The notes under the pieces are model-generated. The model did no database searches. It was not told the DNA's origin and saw only the letters and a list, made by a program, of their open reading frames with translations. Positions 1 to 12,651 of a DNA stretch of 64,000 nucleotides are shown here, in pieces. The position numbers were made by a program, and so were the translations under genes. The number at the start of each line of letters is the position of its first letter. Positions within the stretch are counted from its first letter, which is position 1. Origin of the DNA: Rhynchobatus australiae (lineage: Eukaryota); contig JAUZTB010000001.1 in NCBI GenBank assembly GCA_034780895.1, positions 131,975,223 through 132,039,222 on the forward strand, given 5' to 3'.

Positions 1-1270
1 TGCAGCCACTGTGGTGTGAACCTGCCTCTTTTCCAACATTGGGACTGACAAAAGGATCCATAGCATCCTGCAGTAGTGATTCATGTGGCTGGCAGAACAG
101 CCACATGGAAGAATTTAAAACATCCACTAACCAAGGAGAAAAGACAATAATTTTTAGTTGGTACTTAAAGATTCTTTTTCTGAAATAAAGACAGAGATAT
201 AGGCAAGTTTATGGCAGAACCTCAAAGATCAGAGCTAAACGTTACAAAAAGATGAACTGTAAATCCCTGATGCTACAGCTTACCTGAGGGAATTTTTAAA
301 AAAAGTGTTTTTTTTTAGGGAGAGAGTTTACCATGTAGGAATTATTGATTAGTATACAATCAAGACCCAGTTAATATTTTCAGGATGTTTAGAGGGGACT
401 GTTTGCAAATACTTCCAATTGTTATCAATTCACTGGAGCAGAATTTTGCCCCCAAAAATCAAGCTGTCTCCTCCTCCTGTAGTTTGCTGCTTGTTGCAAC
501 AGGTGCCATCTTCCCCTTGGAGCAAGGAATCACGGCAACAATTTTTAGACTTCTTTATTAGACAACCTGTGCAGAAACCTAATCATTTACATGGTTTAAT
601 ACCCGTGAAAGTTGACAATTTCTTCATCATTAAACTACAAAGATCAGGTCCAGAAGAATGGACAATATATTGCCCATTCTATTGATTTCTTCCTTTCTCT
701 CATTTACCATTAAAAAAAACATGAAAGTGGCAGTATGTAATACAAAACATTGTGGGAAGTGGGCAGCAGAGTTTGTCATTGCATTGGTACACTGAGAATT
801 TGGGTTTCTGAAAAGGGAAGAAGTTCATCACCTGNNNNNNNNNNNNNNNNNNNNNNNNNNNNNNNNNNNNNNNNNNNNNNNNNNNNNNNNNNNNNNNNNN
901 NNNNNNNNNNNNNNNNNNNNNNNNNNNNNNNNNNGAAGTTCATCACCTGATCCCTGTAAAAATTCAGTGCGAGTTTGGGGAATGTGAATTGCACAGAACA
1001 ATTCCATTACCTGAGCACCCAAAAATGGCTTAAAAGTGTAGGTAATGTTAAAATTAATATTAAAGTATATTTGTTTTTGGAGGCTGGAGTTAAACTACAG
1101 TACACCAACAGAGATCTGGAGTCCCCCATTTTAGATCAGTGATCAGGATTGGCTGCTAAGGTAATCCCATAAAGATAAATGAATGAAGCTGGAAAACCAT
1201 AATAATCCTCTGTCATTCGCCACCTTGTGTCCAGTTGCAGAACTCTAGAACAAAGGTTGAGAATAAGCCA

Positions 1271-1487
1271 CACAAGAGACTGCAGATGCTGGAATCTGGA
1301 GCAACACAAGAGGTGCTAGAGGAATTCAATGGGTCATACAGCATCTATGGAGGAAAATGGACAGTTGACGTTTTGGGTCAAGACTCTCGAGGTCCAGATG
1401 AAGGGTCTCGACCTAAAGCATTGACCGTTCATTTCCCTCCATAGGTGCTGCCTGACCTATGGAGTTCCTCAGGTGCTTTTGTGTTGT
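1271..1487. mobile_element. Self-inverted Penelope-type short repeat with degenerate hammerhead motif and 14-bp TSD
   Basis: Left and right arms are reverse-complementary; motif GGTC-CAGATGA-AGGGTCTCGACCT-AAAGCATT-GACC. Flanks TTGAGAATAAGCCA (1257-1270) and TTGAGAATAGGCCA (1488-1501). Confidence 0.75.
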
Positions 1488-1664
1488 TTGAGAATAGGCC
1501 ATTGCCCAACTTGTTAAATCAGGGTGCAGTTCAGGATGACTCAGATACTTCCTAAAATAAATTATAATCAAAGTAGTACAAATAATATATAGTTTTAAAG
1601 AGAATCTTTATGTATTGCTCATAATAGGATAGATTATTTTGTATATTTTAAAATACACAGTATC

Positions 1665-3070
1665 ATCTTCTTAAGCAGTCTCCAAGGGTTGAGAATGACT
1701 TGCATCCACTTCAGTTGTATGGATTCCGAGATGGCTGAAGGGCTTAAATGGGGTCCACAGTCTGCCTTAAATGTGGCAGGTGATTAACGTGGCTGGTGAT
1801 GGGTTGCATGCAAAGTTCTACTCTCCTTCCATCATTTTGGTTTAGCCTCCATGTGCTTCCGAAGAGACAAGCTTCTCAGGGTCTTCAGAGAGGTTCTTTC
1901 TCCATTTTGAGCCCAAGAATCCTGAGAGTCATGAAGGACATTATTTTTTCCACCAAGGATGCTCTGAAGTATTTCTTTGCCCTGCTGGAAGTCTGCCAGG
2001 ATGGAGCTTGGAGTAGAGTGCACATTTTGGAAGTCTGGTGTTGGGCATGTGAATGACAACACACCCTTCTTCCCCTGCCTATTCAAAATGGAGCTAGTCG
2101 AGTGTAACTCGAGCCTTGATGCTAGGAATGTTGAGTAAGGAAGCTGATGTTGGTTTGCTTATCATGCCAATGGATTTGGATGGTTTTGCAGAGATGGCAC
2201 AGTTGATACCTGTCCAGTGCTTTGAGATGCCCACTATAGGTAGTCCACATCATAGCAGCATTCAGAAGAGGGATCACTGCTTTTTAGTAGTCTTTGAACT
2301 TTAGCCAGGATTGAGGTCTTGATCTTCATTCTTTTCTTTGTATGATCAGACTATGTTATACCACTAGAGGTCTCAATTGCTACCTTTGCTGAACATGTGA
2401 AGTGATCCAGGTTTTGCAGGGTCTCATCATGGGCCTTTTTTGTCAGAAAGGGCTGAGTGTGTGTTCCAAGTTGCACAGTCTGGACAGGTTGGGGTAGAGA
2501 GCTTGTATTATATTTATGTTTAGTGTAAGGCCCATCCTCTGGTATGGCTTCAATGTGGTCTCAATAGCAGAGGCTGGAGACATAGGTTTTGGAGTGGATG
2601 CAACTGAAGATCGAGTAGTTCCCTGAATGTTCTGCAGATGAGTCCCACTTGAGTGGGGTACGTGCTGCAGGGCAGTTCAGCATTGTAGTAAGGAAGACAG
2701 AACAGGATAAAATGGCCACACGGCTGGGACTGGGTCTGCAGTGGATTTGCTGCATGGAAAAACACACAAAGCGTAGGAGCAACTCAGCAGGTCAGACAGC
2801 ACTGATATTTGATGGTTTGGGTCAAGACCCTTCATCTGGCTTGGAATCGTGGCCTACACAAAGTTTAGTAGAAGTAAAATAAGGATGATCTTCTGAGAGC
2901 AGCCAAAAATGAGAAGGATTGTTCACAATCACTCTTGGTTGACAGAGCTGAAGACTTTTGGGAGGTTGAAAAAGGCCACGTATGAATTGCTATTACACCC
3001 TGTATTTTTTTTTTGGAATGGTCATGCGGTGAAGATCATAACTATTTTACCTCTTGATGGGCGAAATCCA
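1665..3070 (-). mobile_element. Decayed RTE-clade LINE, 3' part
   Basis: Reverse strand has RT-distal fragments and a 3' end (SHL.IH motif followed by GCAAGTCATTCTCAACCC...CTTAAGAAG) shared with copies at ~32900 and ~52200. Interrupted by a short repeat at ~2780-2840. Confidence 0.6.
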
Positions 3071-3689
3071 CACTGTGAATCTGGAGAGGCTCTTCAGCAA
3101 CTAGGAGGAAGACGCTTGTGATAACTTTCTGTGGCAGACACCATAGAGACTGAAAATTACACAGTGTAGTGACCATTGTACAGATGTGTCACTGTTTTGG
3201 CCAGGTCACCTANNNNNNNNNNNNNNNNNNNNNNNNNNNNNNNNNNNNNNNNNNNNNNNNNNNNNNNNNNNNNNNNNNNNNNNNNNNNNNNNNNNNNNNN
3301 NNNNNNNNNNNNNNNNNNNNNNNNNNNNNNNNNNNNNNNNNNNAATTTGTTTGCAAAACAAATTCACTGAAGGCTGCGTTTTTATATATTTCAGTAAATT
3401 CTGGTATGTTCCTCATCATAGATGAGTGATACACTGTTTTGAGTAAATGTACTTTTAAATGATGGGGCTTAAACATTAGATAAATGTGTACAAGTTTTGA
3501 AAAAAATTAAGAGTTAGAATAGTACTCAATGTTTTTACAAATAAAATGCAAGTTGTATTTCATCTCACATGCTTCCAATAATGAGGTGGTTTAACATGTT
3601 GAGCTTCACATACCAATAATTTCAATAAGGATGGAAGGTCAGGGAGCAAGAAGTTGTTTCTCCTCAGAATTGAGGACAAGTTGCTTCCA

Positions 3690-4210
3690 TTCCTGTTTTG
3701 CAAGTTCTGGGTGGGTGATGAATTCCACTGATGCGGCAGCCGGTGCCTGATAGAACAGGTGGGTGGGTAGTTTGTGATGTAGTGCATTCCTTCTGTCAAG
3801 CACGCAGGGCTTGTGTGTGCTCCTCCTGCACAAACTAGAGGTTCTCAACCCCACCCTGAATGCTCCACTGGAAAAATACCAATGTAGTCCCTGCAGAATC
3901 CTCCAAATTCACTGGATGGTGATATGCACCAATGACAAAGTCAAGTTTCTTGTCACATGCGCAAGTACACTTATGCACAGGTGCAATGAAAAACTTACTG
4001 ACAGCATAAGGTCAAATTGACACTCAACACTGGGCAGGTCCACATGCAAGTGCCCAACCACACTCTCCTAAAACAGTGTTCTGTCACAGGAAGAGATAAC
4101 CAGGCAGAGGAAAAGATTCAAGGACACACTCAAAGACACCTCGAAGAAATACGGCAGAAGGAAGCAGTGCAGCAGTGATGAGCAACCTATCCTCATGACA
4201 AGCAAAGGAA
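3690..4210 (+). mobile_element. Decayed RTE-clade LINE fragment
   Basis: Broken frames LEKYQ..RILQIHW and GRQRKRFKDTLK, typical of the RTE ORF C-terminus. Confidence 0.55.
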
Positions 4211-6724
4211 TGACACAAATGAAATGGTTTTCATTCTGAACAGGAAAGATTTCAGCAGAAGCCAAAATGTTACAAGTCAGAATTTTTTTAAAAAACAGAG
4301 GCCGTGAAAGCTGGAGCCTAGCTAGGATTAGAAATACTGGAAAGGAATTTACAGGTGAAGATGAACTACTCTTGTAGGAAACACAGCATGTTATTTATCT
4401 GTTTATCATGTGGAAACAGGTTCTATTTAGGGCTGTCAATTAATCTGCATTAGTGTGTGCTACTGACAGGAATGCAAATTAATGATCCTTTTAAAACAAA
4501 ACAGGTTATTTGTTCATTTTAGTGGCAAATTTTTCTTTAAAAAATGAATGCTCTAAAACTTCTCCCCTTGTTGGACAGAACAAGCTGCCCACATAATGAA
4601 CATTGACCAGCTGTGTGGTTGTGAATACCTCCTGAAATACATTGGGGCAGCGGCCTCCCTTCTGTGGTTCATGCAGAGCCCAAGTTGTGCAGCCAGGGAA
4701 AAGCAGCCAGGGAAAAGCAGACAAGAGTTGTGCTGCATCTTTCCTACTCTTCCGCTGGGTTAAGAGGGTGAAGAAGAGCTATGGAACACTGCAGTAGCAA
4801 GGAAGCTTGGCCAGTGCAAACTATCACATCACCAACCTGCTGGATGTCAGAGAGTGGCAGCTGCTCAGGTGTTGGAAACCCTCTGTGTCTTGGCTTCTTT
4901 TCCCATTCCTAATGTTTAAACTGTTTCCAAAATATTTCAACCCTTTGCTAGACTGAGCAATTTCCTTGCATCAGTCCAATCTACCCATTCGCCATCTTGA
5001 AAGCTTCACTTTCACTGACATGAAATGTACTCCTTTGTTAAAAAAAACATACTTCTTAACAACTATTAAGCTTCTGCTCCCAAGAACAAGCACACAATTT
5101 ACATAAATAACTTCCCTCCTGTGATTGTGGGAGAAGAATTATAGGTTATTTAAGTATATAATAATTAGAGCTATCGAACAACTGAACTACACAGAGGTCA
5201 TAATGGCAAAGCATTTTTCATTTGGCCATTCAAAAATGTCGGTATTCTGCTGTTGTCTAGAACTGCGATTAACTCACAATTAATTATTTCCATCATTTGA
5301 CAGGTCTAATTGTATTGATGGAATTAATTAATTAGTTTTGTTCCCTTGACCCATGGATTAAACATTTCTGTTCTTGACTAAAATGTATTTACGTAGGTGT
5401 CAACTGGTAAATGACTACAAAAAAAGAATTTGTTTTACATCTGTAGGGATATAAATTCACCTTGAGTGGCTTAAAAAGAGCAACAGTAAATTAAGCCGTA
5501 ACACACCCTGCCTGCATGATTTACTTACCTTTATAACAAAGGAAAATGGCTTTACATTTCATTATCAATGTTTTGCAAAGTGAATTTATACTCATGATAC
5601 CTAATGTCTCAGTATATACACAGAGAAAAAGGAAAACATCAAAATAATAAATAATTAGCATCTCTCTCCAACATTTTAAAATGTTCACCGATACAACTTT
5701 TAAGCTTCTTCATACAGAATAGCATTTGATTACATTTCCCAAAATCTGGGCAAAAACATAGCAAATCCTTTGAGAAAAACATCTTATGTTGCCTCCCCTT
5801 ACAGTAGGTTCTTATGCCTTGTGATCACCAAATACATTTTTACTGTCTAAACCAATAATTTGTGAAGGTATCACCCTTAATTGGCACATTTATGCACAAG
5901 TTTTATTACAGCAATTTGGTTGAACAAAGTGATTTAGTATCAGCTCTAATACTACATATCAGGAAAGATATGTAATCCTCTCAAAGAGTACCATTTTATT
6001 GTATTCAGCATCCCATGCAAATATCTACATAATACGTGTGCAGGAAAACCTTGATTATTTTCATTAGTTCTATCATCATTACTCACAAGTCCAACTCCAG
6101 CTCTAACACAGAGAATGTTTCATCACTGTAATGAACAGACACACAAGGTGTTCCTCAGTACAGGTCCTCCCCAGGTTACACCAGGGTTCCACTCCTGTTA
6201 ACTGCTCAGAACCCGAACAGTCTGCAAAAATCGAAAATGCCTGCAGCCCCGCAGCAGCTGGCAAATTCATACAGCCAGTCTCCCAAACATTTGTCCGTAT
6301 GTACGGGCTGTACACAAATCAGGTATTTGTAAGCTGGGGAGGACCTGGAATACCAATGGAATCCAATCGACCTTCCCCAACATGCAGAAAAGAATTCAAA
6401 TATAGTTCTGTACCTCGACTCTGACCTTAAGAATGCAAGAACTTCCATTTATCCTTACTGTTCCCCTAAGCAGCCAAGGGATTACTATTTGTTTTGAGCA
6501 ATCACAATTATGGAGGCAAAGAATAAATAGGAGTAAAAATTCTCATGCACGTTCCAGCAGGAATCAACTCCAAGATTTTGAATCAGGATCCAGCTTTGCA
6601 AGTACTAGAGACCAGAATGCAGCTTCATTTAGATCTGGAGGATCCAGATAATGAGTGAAGTGCTATAAACTTTTAGCTGCTGATAATTCTTTAGTTAATC
6701 AAGTCTTAACCATTTAACAGAACT

Positions 6725-6840
6725 GGAATTCTGATAAAGGGTTACTGATCTGAAACATTAACTCCACTGCTCTCTCCATACATTGCCTGACCTGCTGAGT
6801 ATCTCCAGCATTTGTTTATAGCTTCAAATTTCCAGTATCA
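6725..6840 (+). repeat. Penelope-type short repeat (hammerhead-like arm)
   Basis: CTGATAA-AGGGTTACTGATCT-GAAACATTAACT followed by family core GCCTGACCTGCTGAGTATCTCCAGCA. Confidence 0.65.
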
Positions 6841-7254
6841 GAGTTTCTTTCACCTTACATTTAACCATTGAAATTCCTTTGTCAAATTTCANNNNNNNNN
6901 NATTTATTAATATAAAAAGTTGTGCATGGTAATAACAAAAACTATCTTGAACTCCAGTAGTTGATATACCAACTTGTGGTTCTATTAGAGAGATATGGGT
7001 AGTTACAAAATGCAAATCAACTCAAGTTATAAGAAGGATACAAAATAAATGATAATTTTAATCAGGTGTAGCTACACAACAACCTACCTTATATCTCAGA
7101 AATCCTAATAATAACTCCAAATGAACAGAAGGATACATAGCTAGTGCATGGCTTGTTATCTACCACAAATGATAGGATATTATTAGACAACCTCAGTTAC
7201 TAATTTCCAGCAAGTAAGTGGGTGGTATTGTGATGAGGTGATATCACAGCTCAA

Positions 7255-7440
7255 ATACATAGTGCTGGAAACACTCAGCAGGTTAGGCAGTATCTGTCAA
7301 AAGAGAACCAAAGTTAATGTTTCAAGCCTAAGGTCCTTCTTCAGTGCTTCATTATTCTCTCTCCACAGATGTTGCCTGATCTGCTGAGTGGTTCCAGCAT
7401 TTTCTGATTTTATTTTTGATTTCCAGCATCTGCAGTTTAT
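7255..7440. repeat. Self-inverted Penelope-type short repeat
   Basis: TGCTGGAAACACTCAGCAGGTTAGGCAG...TTGCCTGATCTGCTGAGTGGTTCCAGCA inverted arms. Confidence 0.7.
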
Positions 7441-7817
7441 TGAAGTTAGATACCACTGCTTGGAAGGCGGAATTCTTTTGGTGCTACACAAAGTGGACTT
7501 CACCACTGCACTCAGCTGAGACAAGAATATGAATGTGGCACTTACTTACAACTGCTTTTTAAGAGGATTCCCAAAGAACTTTTATCTAGTAGCTCAGTGC
7601 ATTCCCAGCATGCCTTACAACCAATCGAGTCCTTTTAAACTGTAGTCACTATTAGAGGATATTTGGTAGTCAACTTGCACTTAAAAAGTCCCACAAGCAT
7701 CAAAATGAGATGACTGGCCAGTTAAGCAGGTTTATTCAGTGACTGTTGAAGGAGGAGCTACAGCTAAGCCACAGGGCAATTTTGAGAAATCATGTTTTAT
7801 CTTTCACAGTCCCAGCA

Positions 7818-7995
7818 TAAAAACAGAAAATGCTAGAAAAATTCAGGTTAGGCAGCATCTGTGGGAAGAAAAAGTCACAGACCCAAAACATTAACAGCTT
7901 CTCTTTCTACAGATGCTGCCTGACCTGCTGAGCTTTTCCAGCATTTTCTATTTTTATTTCATATTTCCAGCATCTGCAGTTTTTTTCTGATTTTC
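7818..7995. repeat. Self-inverted Penelope-type short repeat
   Basis: AAAACAGAAAATGCTAGAAAA...GGCAGCATCTGT / ACAGATGCTGCCTGACCTGCTGAG...CAGCATTTTCT inverted arms. Confidence 0.7.
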
Positions 7996-8179
7996 AGTTT
8001 CAACATGTTCTTTTGTGTTTTATTTTTTAACTGCCCTCATTCACTTATTAATTACATAGTGCCAAAAGCATCATGTCACCTTGACAACCTTGGAGTCCAC
8101 CGTCTCTCACACACACATATCCCTTGTTCTTTCCAATCATCCCCTTCACCTTAAAACACGCTCGTTTTCTCATTTCTCC

Positions 8180-8285
8180 TGTTCTAATGAAGGGTCATTG
8201 ACTTGAAGCATTAACTCCATCTCCCCCTCCACAGACACTGTCTGACCTGCTAAATATTTCCAGCACCTGCTGTCTTCATTTCACA
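8180..8285 (+). repeat. Penelope-type short repeat
   Basis: CTAATGA-AGGGTCATTGACTT-GAAGCATTAACT followed by family core. Confidence 0.6.
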
Positions 8286-10174
8286 ACATATACTCCTAAC
8301 TTTTCTCCAGGCAGTAACTTTCCCCCTGAACATGCAGATAAGCATCCAAAACAGTGTACCAATCTATCAATCCAGCCACTTGGTCTTAACCCTAACCTTA
8401 ATGCACTATCATCGAATCATAGAAGTTTGCACCATTGAAAGGATGCCTCAAGGATCATGTCCATGTCAGTTAAAAGTAAAAGGAGCCATCAAGTCCTGGA
8501 AGTTAACCTAGACAAGATGATATTTTATATCAGTTGAGCAACATAAAAAAAGTCTCCAACCTAGAATAATCCCTTTTGACCTTTACCTTGTTCTTGTAGG
8601 GGCCAACAGGAAAGAAGTAAGTCTGTGTTCTTTGCCGAATGTGGACAGAATTCAAGATCTATGAGATATTGAGTGCTAGGCACTGCTGAAGTGTGGAATT
8701 CACTCCTTTATAAATTGGCAGTGGAGGCAAGTGAGCTACACTTGGATATGAACAGCACTTTATCAATGTAAAAACACCTTGAGGCTTCTTGCAGCTTTAA
8801 TATGATTCCCTCTGTTCCTGCCTTCAGCATTACTATGCAGAACACCTATAGCACTNNNNNNNNNNTGACTTCATTATTACTTCATTAATTGGTCTTGCAA
8901 AGTCCATAATAGTATACAAACTGGTTAATTAAATTAGATAATACAGAATTCAGGTGATTTCACTGTTGGCTTGCTGGAAATTACAACTCTAATTGTGTTA
9001 TATACTGAAATACGTGCACAAGCACTGAAGGCAGAAATGGAAACAGGCCAATGAATCCCTTGAGCCTTGAAACACAAAATGTGAAAATATAGATGTGTGT
9101 CATTTGACCTCAACTGTTTTATGTGCTTATGATTTCCCCATGCAATCCTATCTAAAAATGCTCAAAGTAGAACAAAATCCTGTATGGCAAAATACTGATT
9201 AAGCAGTCAAATTCTAGGTATTATGTGGAGAAACCAACTACTTTCATCTGCAGTAATTACACATATCACAAAACTAACCAGAACATATTGCATCAATTAT
9301 ATATGAATTCTTTCTAATTTTCCCCACTATCATTCTGTTAATTATACAATCTTTCTAAATTTAGGTCTGTTGTAGATGCTTTCACATTTTTAAATGGCTT
9401 CAGTTGCTCCTGCAGCAGTGTGTGCATTTTAATTGCAAGACAATAGTATCCCTTTGTGACCTGAACCAGATATTGATGTCTTTTGAGCGTGCACTTCAAT
9501 TTCTCAAAAGACAGACTGAGCAAGCATTAGTGAGAAAGGGTTGCCACAAATGAGTGAATTGCTATATTTCACCACAAAATGATCTCAAGTGCAGCAGTTG
9601 TAATCAGATTCCCTTAATTCAATCAATCAGCACAATTTAACCTTGCAAAATAATAAAAAAATAAAGAAAATATCACTCTTCCCACACAATGGATCATCTT
9701 AATTGACCTAGACATCATGACTTCTGACTGTCCTCCAGAAGTGCTACTTCTTCGTCTTTTAAAGCACAGTGCTTCCTCGTTTACAAACCTGCCTGCATTC
9801 TACTCTGTGTCTTTCAACAGCAGGAGATAAAACACCAGTGTTGATCAACACAATAGGCAGAAGCTGTTTACCAGTTCTTGAAGCAGAGGAGGAGATCATT
9901 TAGTTAGAGGTCATCATTAATCTCTAAAATATCTGCCTAATCCCTCAACATCCTCATCCATCAACTAACTATGAGGAAAAGAAACTTGTCACAGTCTTTT
10001 TTATTGGGGTGGGGTGGGATGGGATGTGTGGGGAAGGTGATGGTGGTGAGGAAGATTCCAAGGTCTTTTGCATGAGAGAAAAATGCTTCTTTCACACGTT
10101 GCCAGAAAAATATAGTAATAATTTTATTTTTCATTATTATTTCATTACTATGATTTTATTACGACAATTACTAT

Positions 10175-10300
10175 CCAGGTCTAATGAAGGGTCACAGACC
10201 CGAAACATTGACTGTTTCTTTCCACAGATGCTGCCTGACTTGAGTTCTCCAGCATTTTCTGTTTTTATTTCAGATTTCCAGCATCTACAGTTCTTTTTTT
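10175..10300 (+). repeat. Penelope-type short repeat, well-preserved hammerhead-like motif
   Basis: CTAATGA-A-GGGTC-ACA-GACCC-GAAACATT-GACTG followed by family core. Confidence 0.7.
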
Positions 10301-12394
10301 ATTTTTACAAATCTTATTAACCCTCTTCCTTAGGATTAACCCACTGAGCATAATAGCTCCTTTGTATTGATCAATCCTTTCATGTATCACCCACAGCTCA
10401 TGCTAAACTCAAAAAGGTATTGACACTGGTTTTCATAATTCGACATTTGTGAACATAATAGGAGCAGGAGGAGGCTTCTCTTTTCTGAAGCAATGCTCCC
10501 TTGTTCTGGATTCTCCCAAGAGTTTCTCCCCATCATTTCAACATTTCGCCTTTCAAGTCCTGTCAGAGTTGAATATATTTTGAGAACAACACCTCATTTT
10601 CCAAACTTCAATAAGTCAGACTTGCTCAGAAGTAAAGTATCAATTTGATATTAATCTGTATTTGTGCTTCTTGCAAGACCTATTCCCAAAACCAGATGCA
10701 ATAAGGTCAGCGAAGACTCTGATCAAATGAAACATTAGTTTTGCATTCATACCCTTGGGATACAAAGATTAGCATTTCAGTAGCCTTTTCAATTACTTCA
10801 ATTACTTTTCAATTACTTGTTACATTTGCTTCTGCTCAATTTTTTGCTAATCTTTTACGGGACGTGAACATTGCTAGCAAGACCAGCATTTACTGCAGAT
10901 CCCCGATTGCCTCAGAGAAGCCATGAGATGCTGAGCCACCTCACAGGTCAGTTAATATTCAACCACATTGCTTGTGGCTCTGAAGTCATTTAAGCCAAAA
11001 TGAATACAGGCCACAGATCTGGACTTTCACAGTTTCTAGTTTTTCACCATTTAGAAAGTACTCTCGTCTGTCTGCTTTAAGTTTAGTGGGTGACCACAAT
11101 CTTGCCCACAATAAACATAATCTCTTAATATTTCTTTGCAACTTTATGCTTCCATGTACAGAGTTTATATCACCAACACTGCCATTGCCAAACTTGAATA
11201 CAACGCTCCCTACTCAAGCCACTAATATAAACAGTGAATAGCTGAAGTCCCAGCACAGATCCCTGTAGGGCCACACTATTATCTGCTCATCTTTGCTTCA
11301 CAGTAAACAGGGATAGTCTACCAAGCAAAGCGATACATTCGTAATTCTGCAAAGGCACAATCATGAAACATGGCTGAAGTAAAATTCAGGAACATTACCA
11401 AAAATTATAAGGTCAGATGACCGTTATCTTCTCTGAACCACAGTCACGGTTTTCCAATGTTTGTCCGTAATCAATGAGCCAGGTTTGGAAAGGACATAAA
11501 GGTAATGAGAAAGGACACAGGGACATAATAGGGCAGTGGCTCCCATCATAGGGGAGGGGTGGAGGGCAAAGACTGCAGGGGTCCATGAAGCTTCAATAAT
11601 GGGGAGATAATTTAGTTGGTTCACAAATGTAAAAATAGACTCCACAATCTGGCTACTCCACTTGGGCATCCCCAACTTCCTGGAGTTTCCCAGTTCAAAT
11701 GAAAGGTCTTCCACCTGAAACATTAACTCTGGGATCTGTGCTGGAGCTTCAGCTATTCACAGTATATATTAGTGTCCTGAACAGTGAGCAGAGAGCCTTG
11801 TATTCAAGTTTCTCTTTCCAATGTTGTTTTGTTTATTTCAGATTTCCAGCATCTAGAGTTTTTGATTTTCAACCACTGTCATCATCATAATAGGTGGGGA
11901 GTCACACACTTTATTGACTACAAACAAGTGTTACTTTCATTGTTAAAAAATATAATAAACTTGGTACTAGAACACAAAGTATTCCATGCAAAGTGTTTAT
12001 TCTTCAAAAGCTTAGAACTAATTACTTCAATAACTGATGCTAATACCAAGATAGTTTACTACATCCACAACCAAAATATATTAACAGCTAACTAACCTCG
12101 GGTTGGGCTATATTTTGCCATATGCAAATATTGACACTTTAAAAGGACCTCAGCCAGTTTAGCAGCAGAGCAATGCACTTTGCAATGCAGAAGGTATATG
12201 ATGTACCTGTCATTTACCACATATCAGAATTAGTGACTAATGGCAGAGTAGATCCATCATCAGTTAATTAATATTAAAAGTGCATCTAAATCCAGACTGC
12301 ATTTGAAAAATGGCTTTTGAAGTGGCCTCCAGCCAACTGGAGTATACAAACATCAGAAGAAGATTTTAAAAATTGCTACATTGGGTAAACTTAC

Positions 12395-12651
12395 CTGGAT
12401 GAGTTTATAGAAGTATGCATATTGTCGAGCTGTGTTTTTATACTGACTAAAGACGTCATGGATGGCTTGTGTTGACTGCAGGTAACGTACTTCTTCCTCT
12501 TCAAAATATAAAGGGGTATGGTACTCCAGAGGCAAAGTCTTAATGTAGGGCAACCAGAAGGAATCGGGATTCAATCGTTCACAAAGCAGGTGAAATGCTA
12601 AAGTGATATTTCCCATGGCTTGCAGAATTCGGTCCTGGGAATACACGGGAC
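12395..12651 (-). CDS. SETD3: SETD3 exon 6 (SET/iSET region); later exons not found in the window
   Basis: tccag|GPVYSQDRILQAMGNITLAFHLLCERLNPDSFWLPYIKTLPLEYHTPLYFEEEEVRYLQSTQAIHDVFSQYKNTARQYAYFYKLIQ|gtaagt. 257 nt; ORF 12353..12646. Confidence 0.97.

Noticed and set aside
1-12394. SETD3 exon 7 (THPHANKLPLKDSFTYEDYR-like)
   Set aside because: No matching reverse-strand sequence found; probably left of the window or in a gap. Donor-like sites at ~280 and ~5525 do not give SETD3 peptide.
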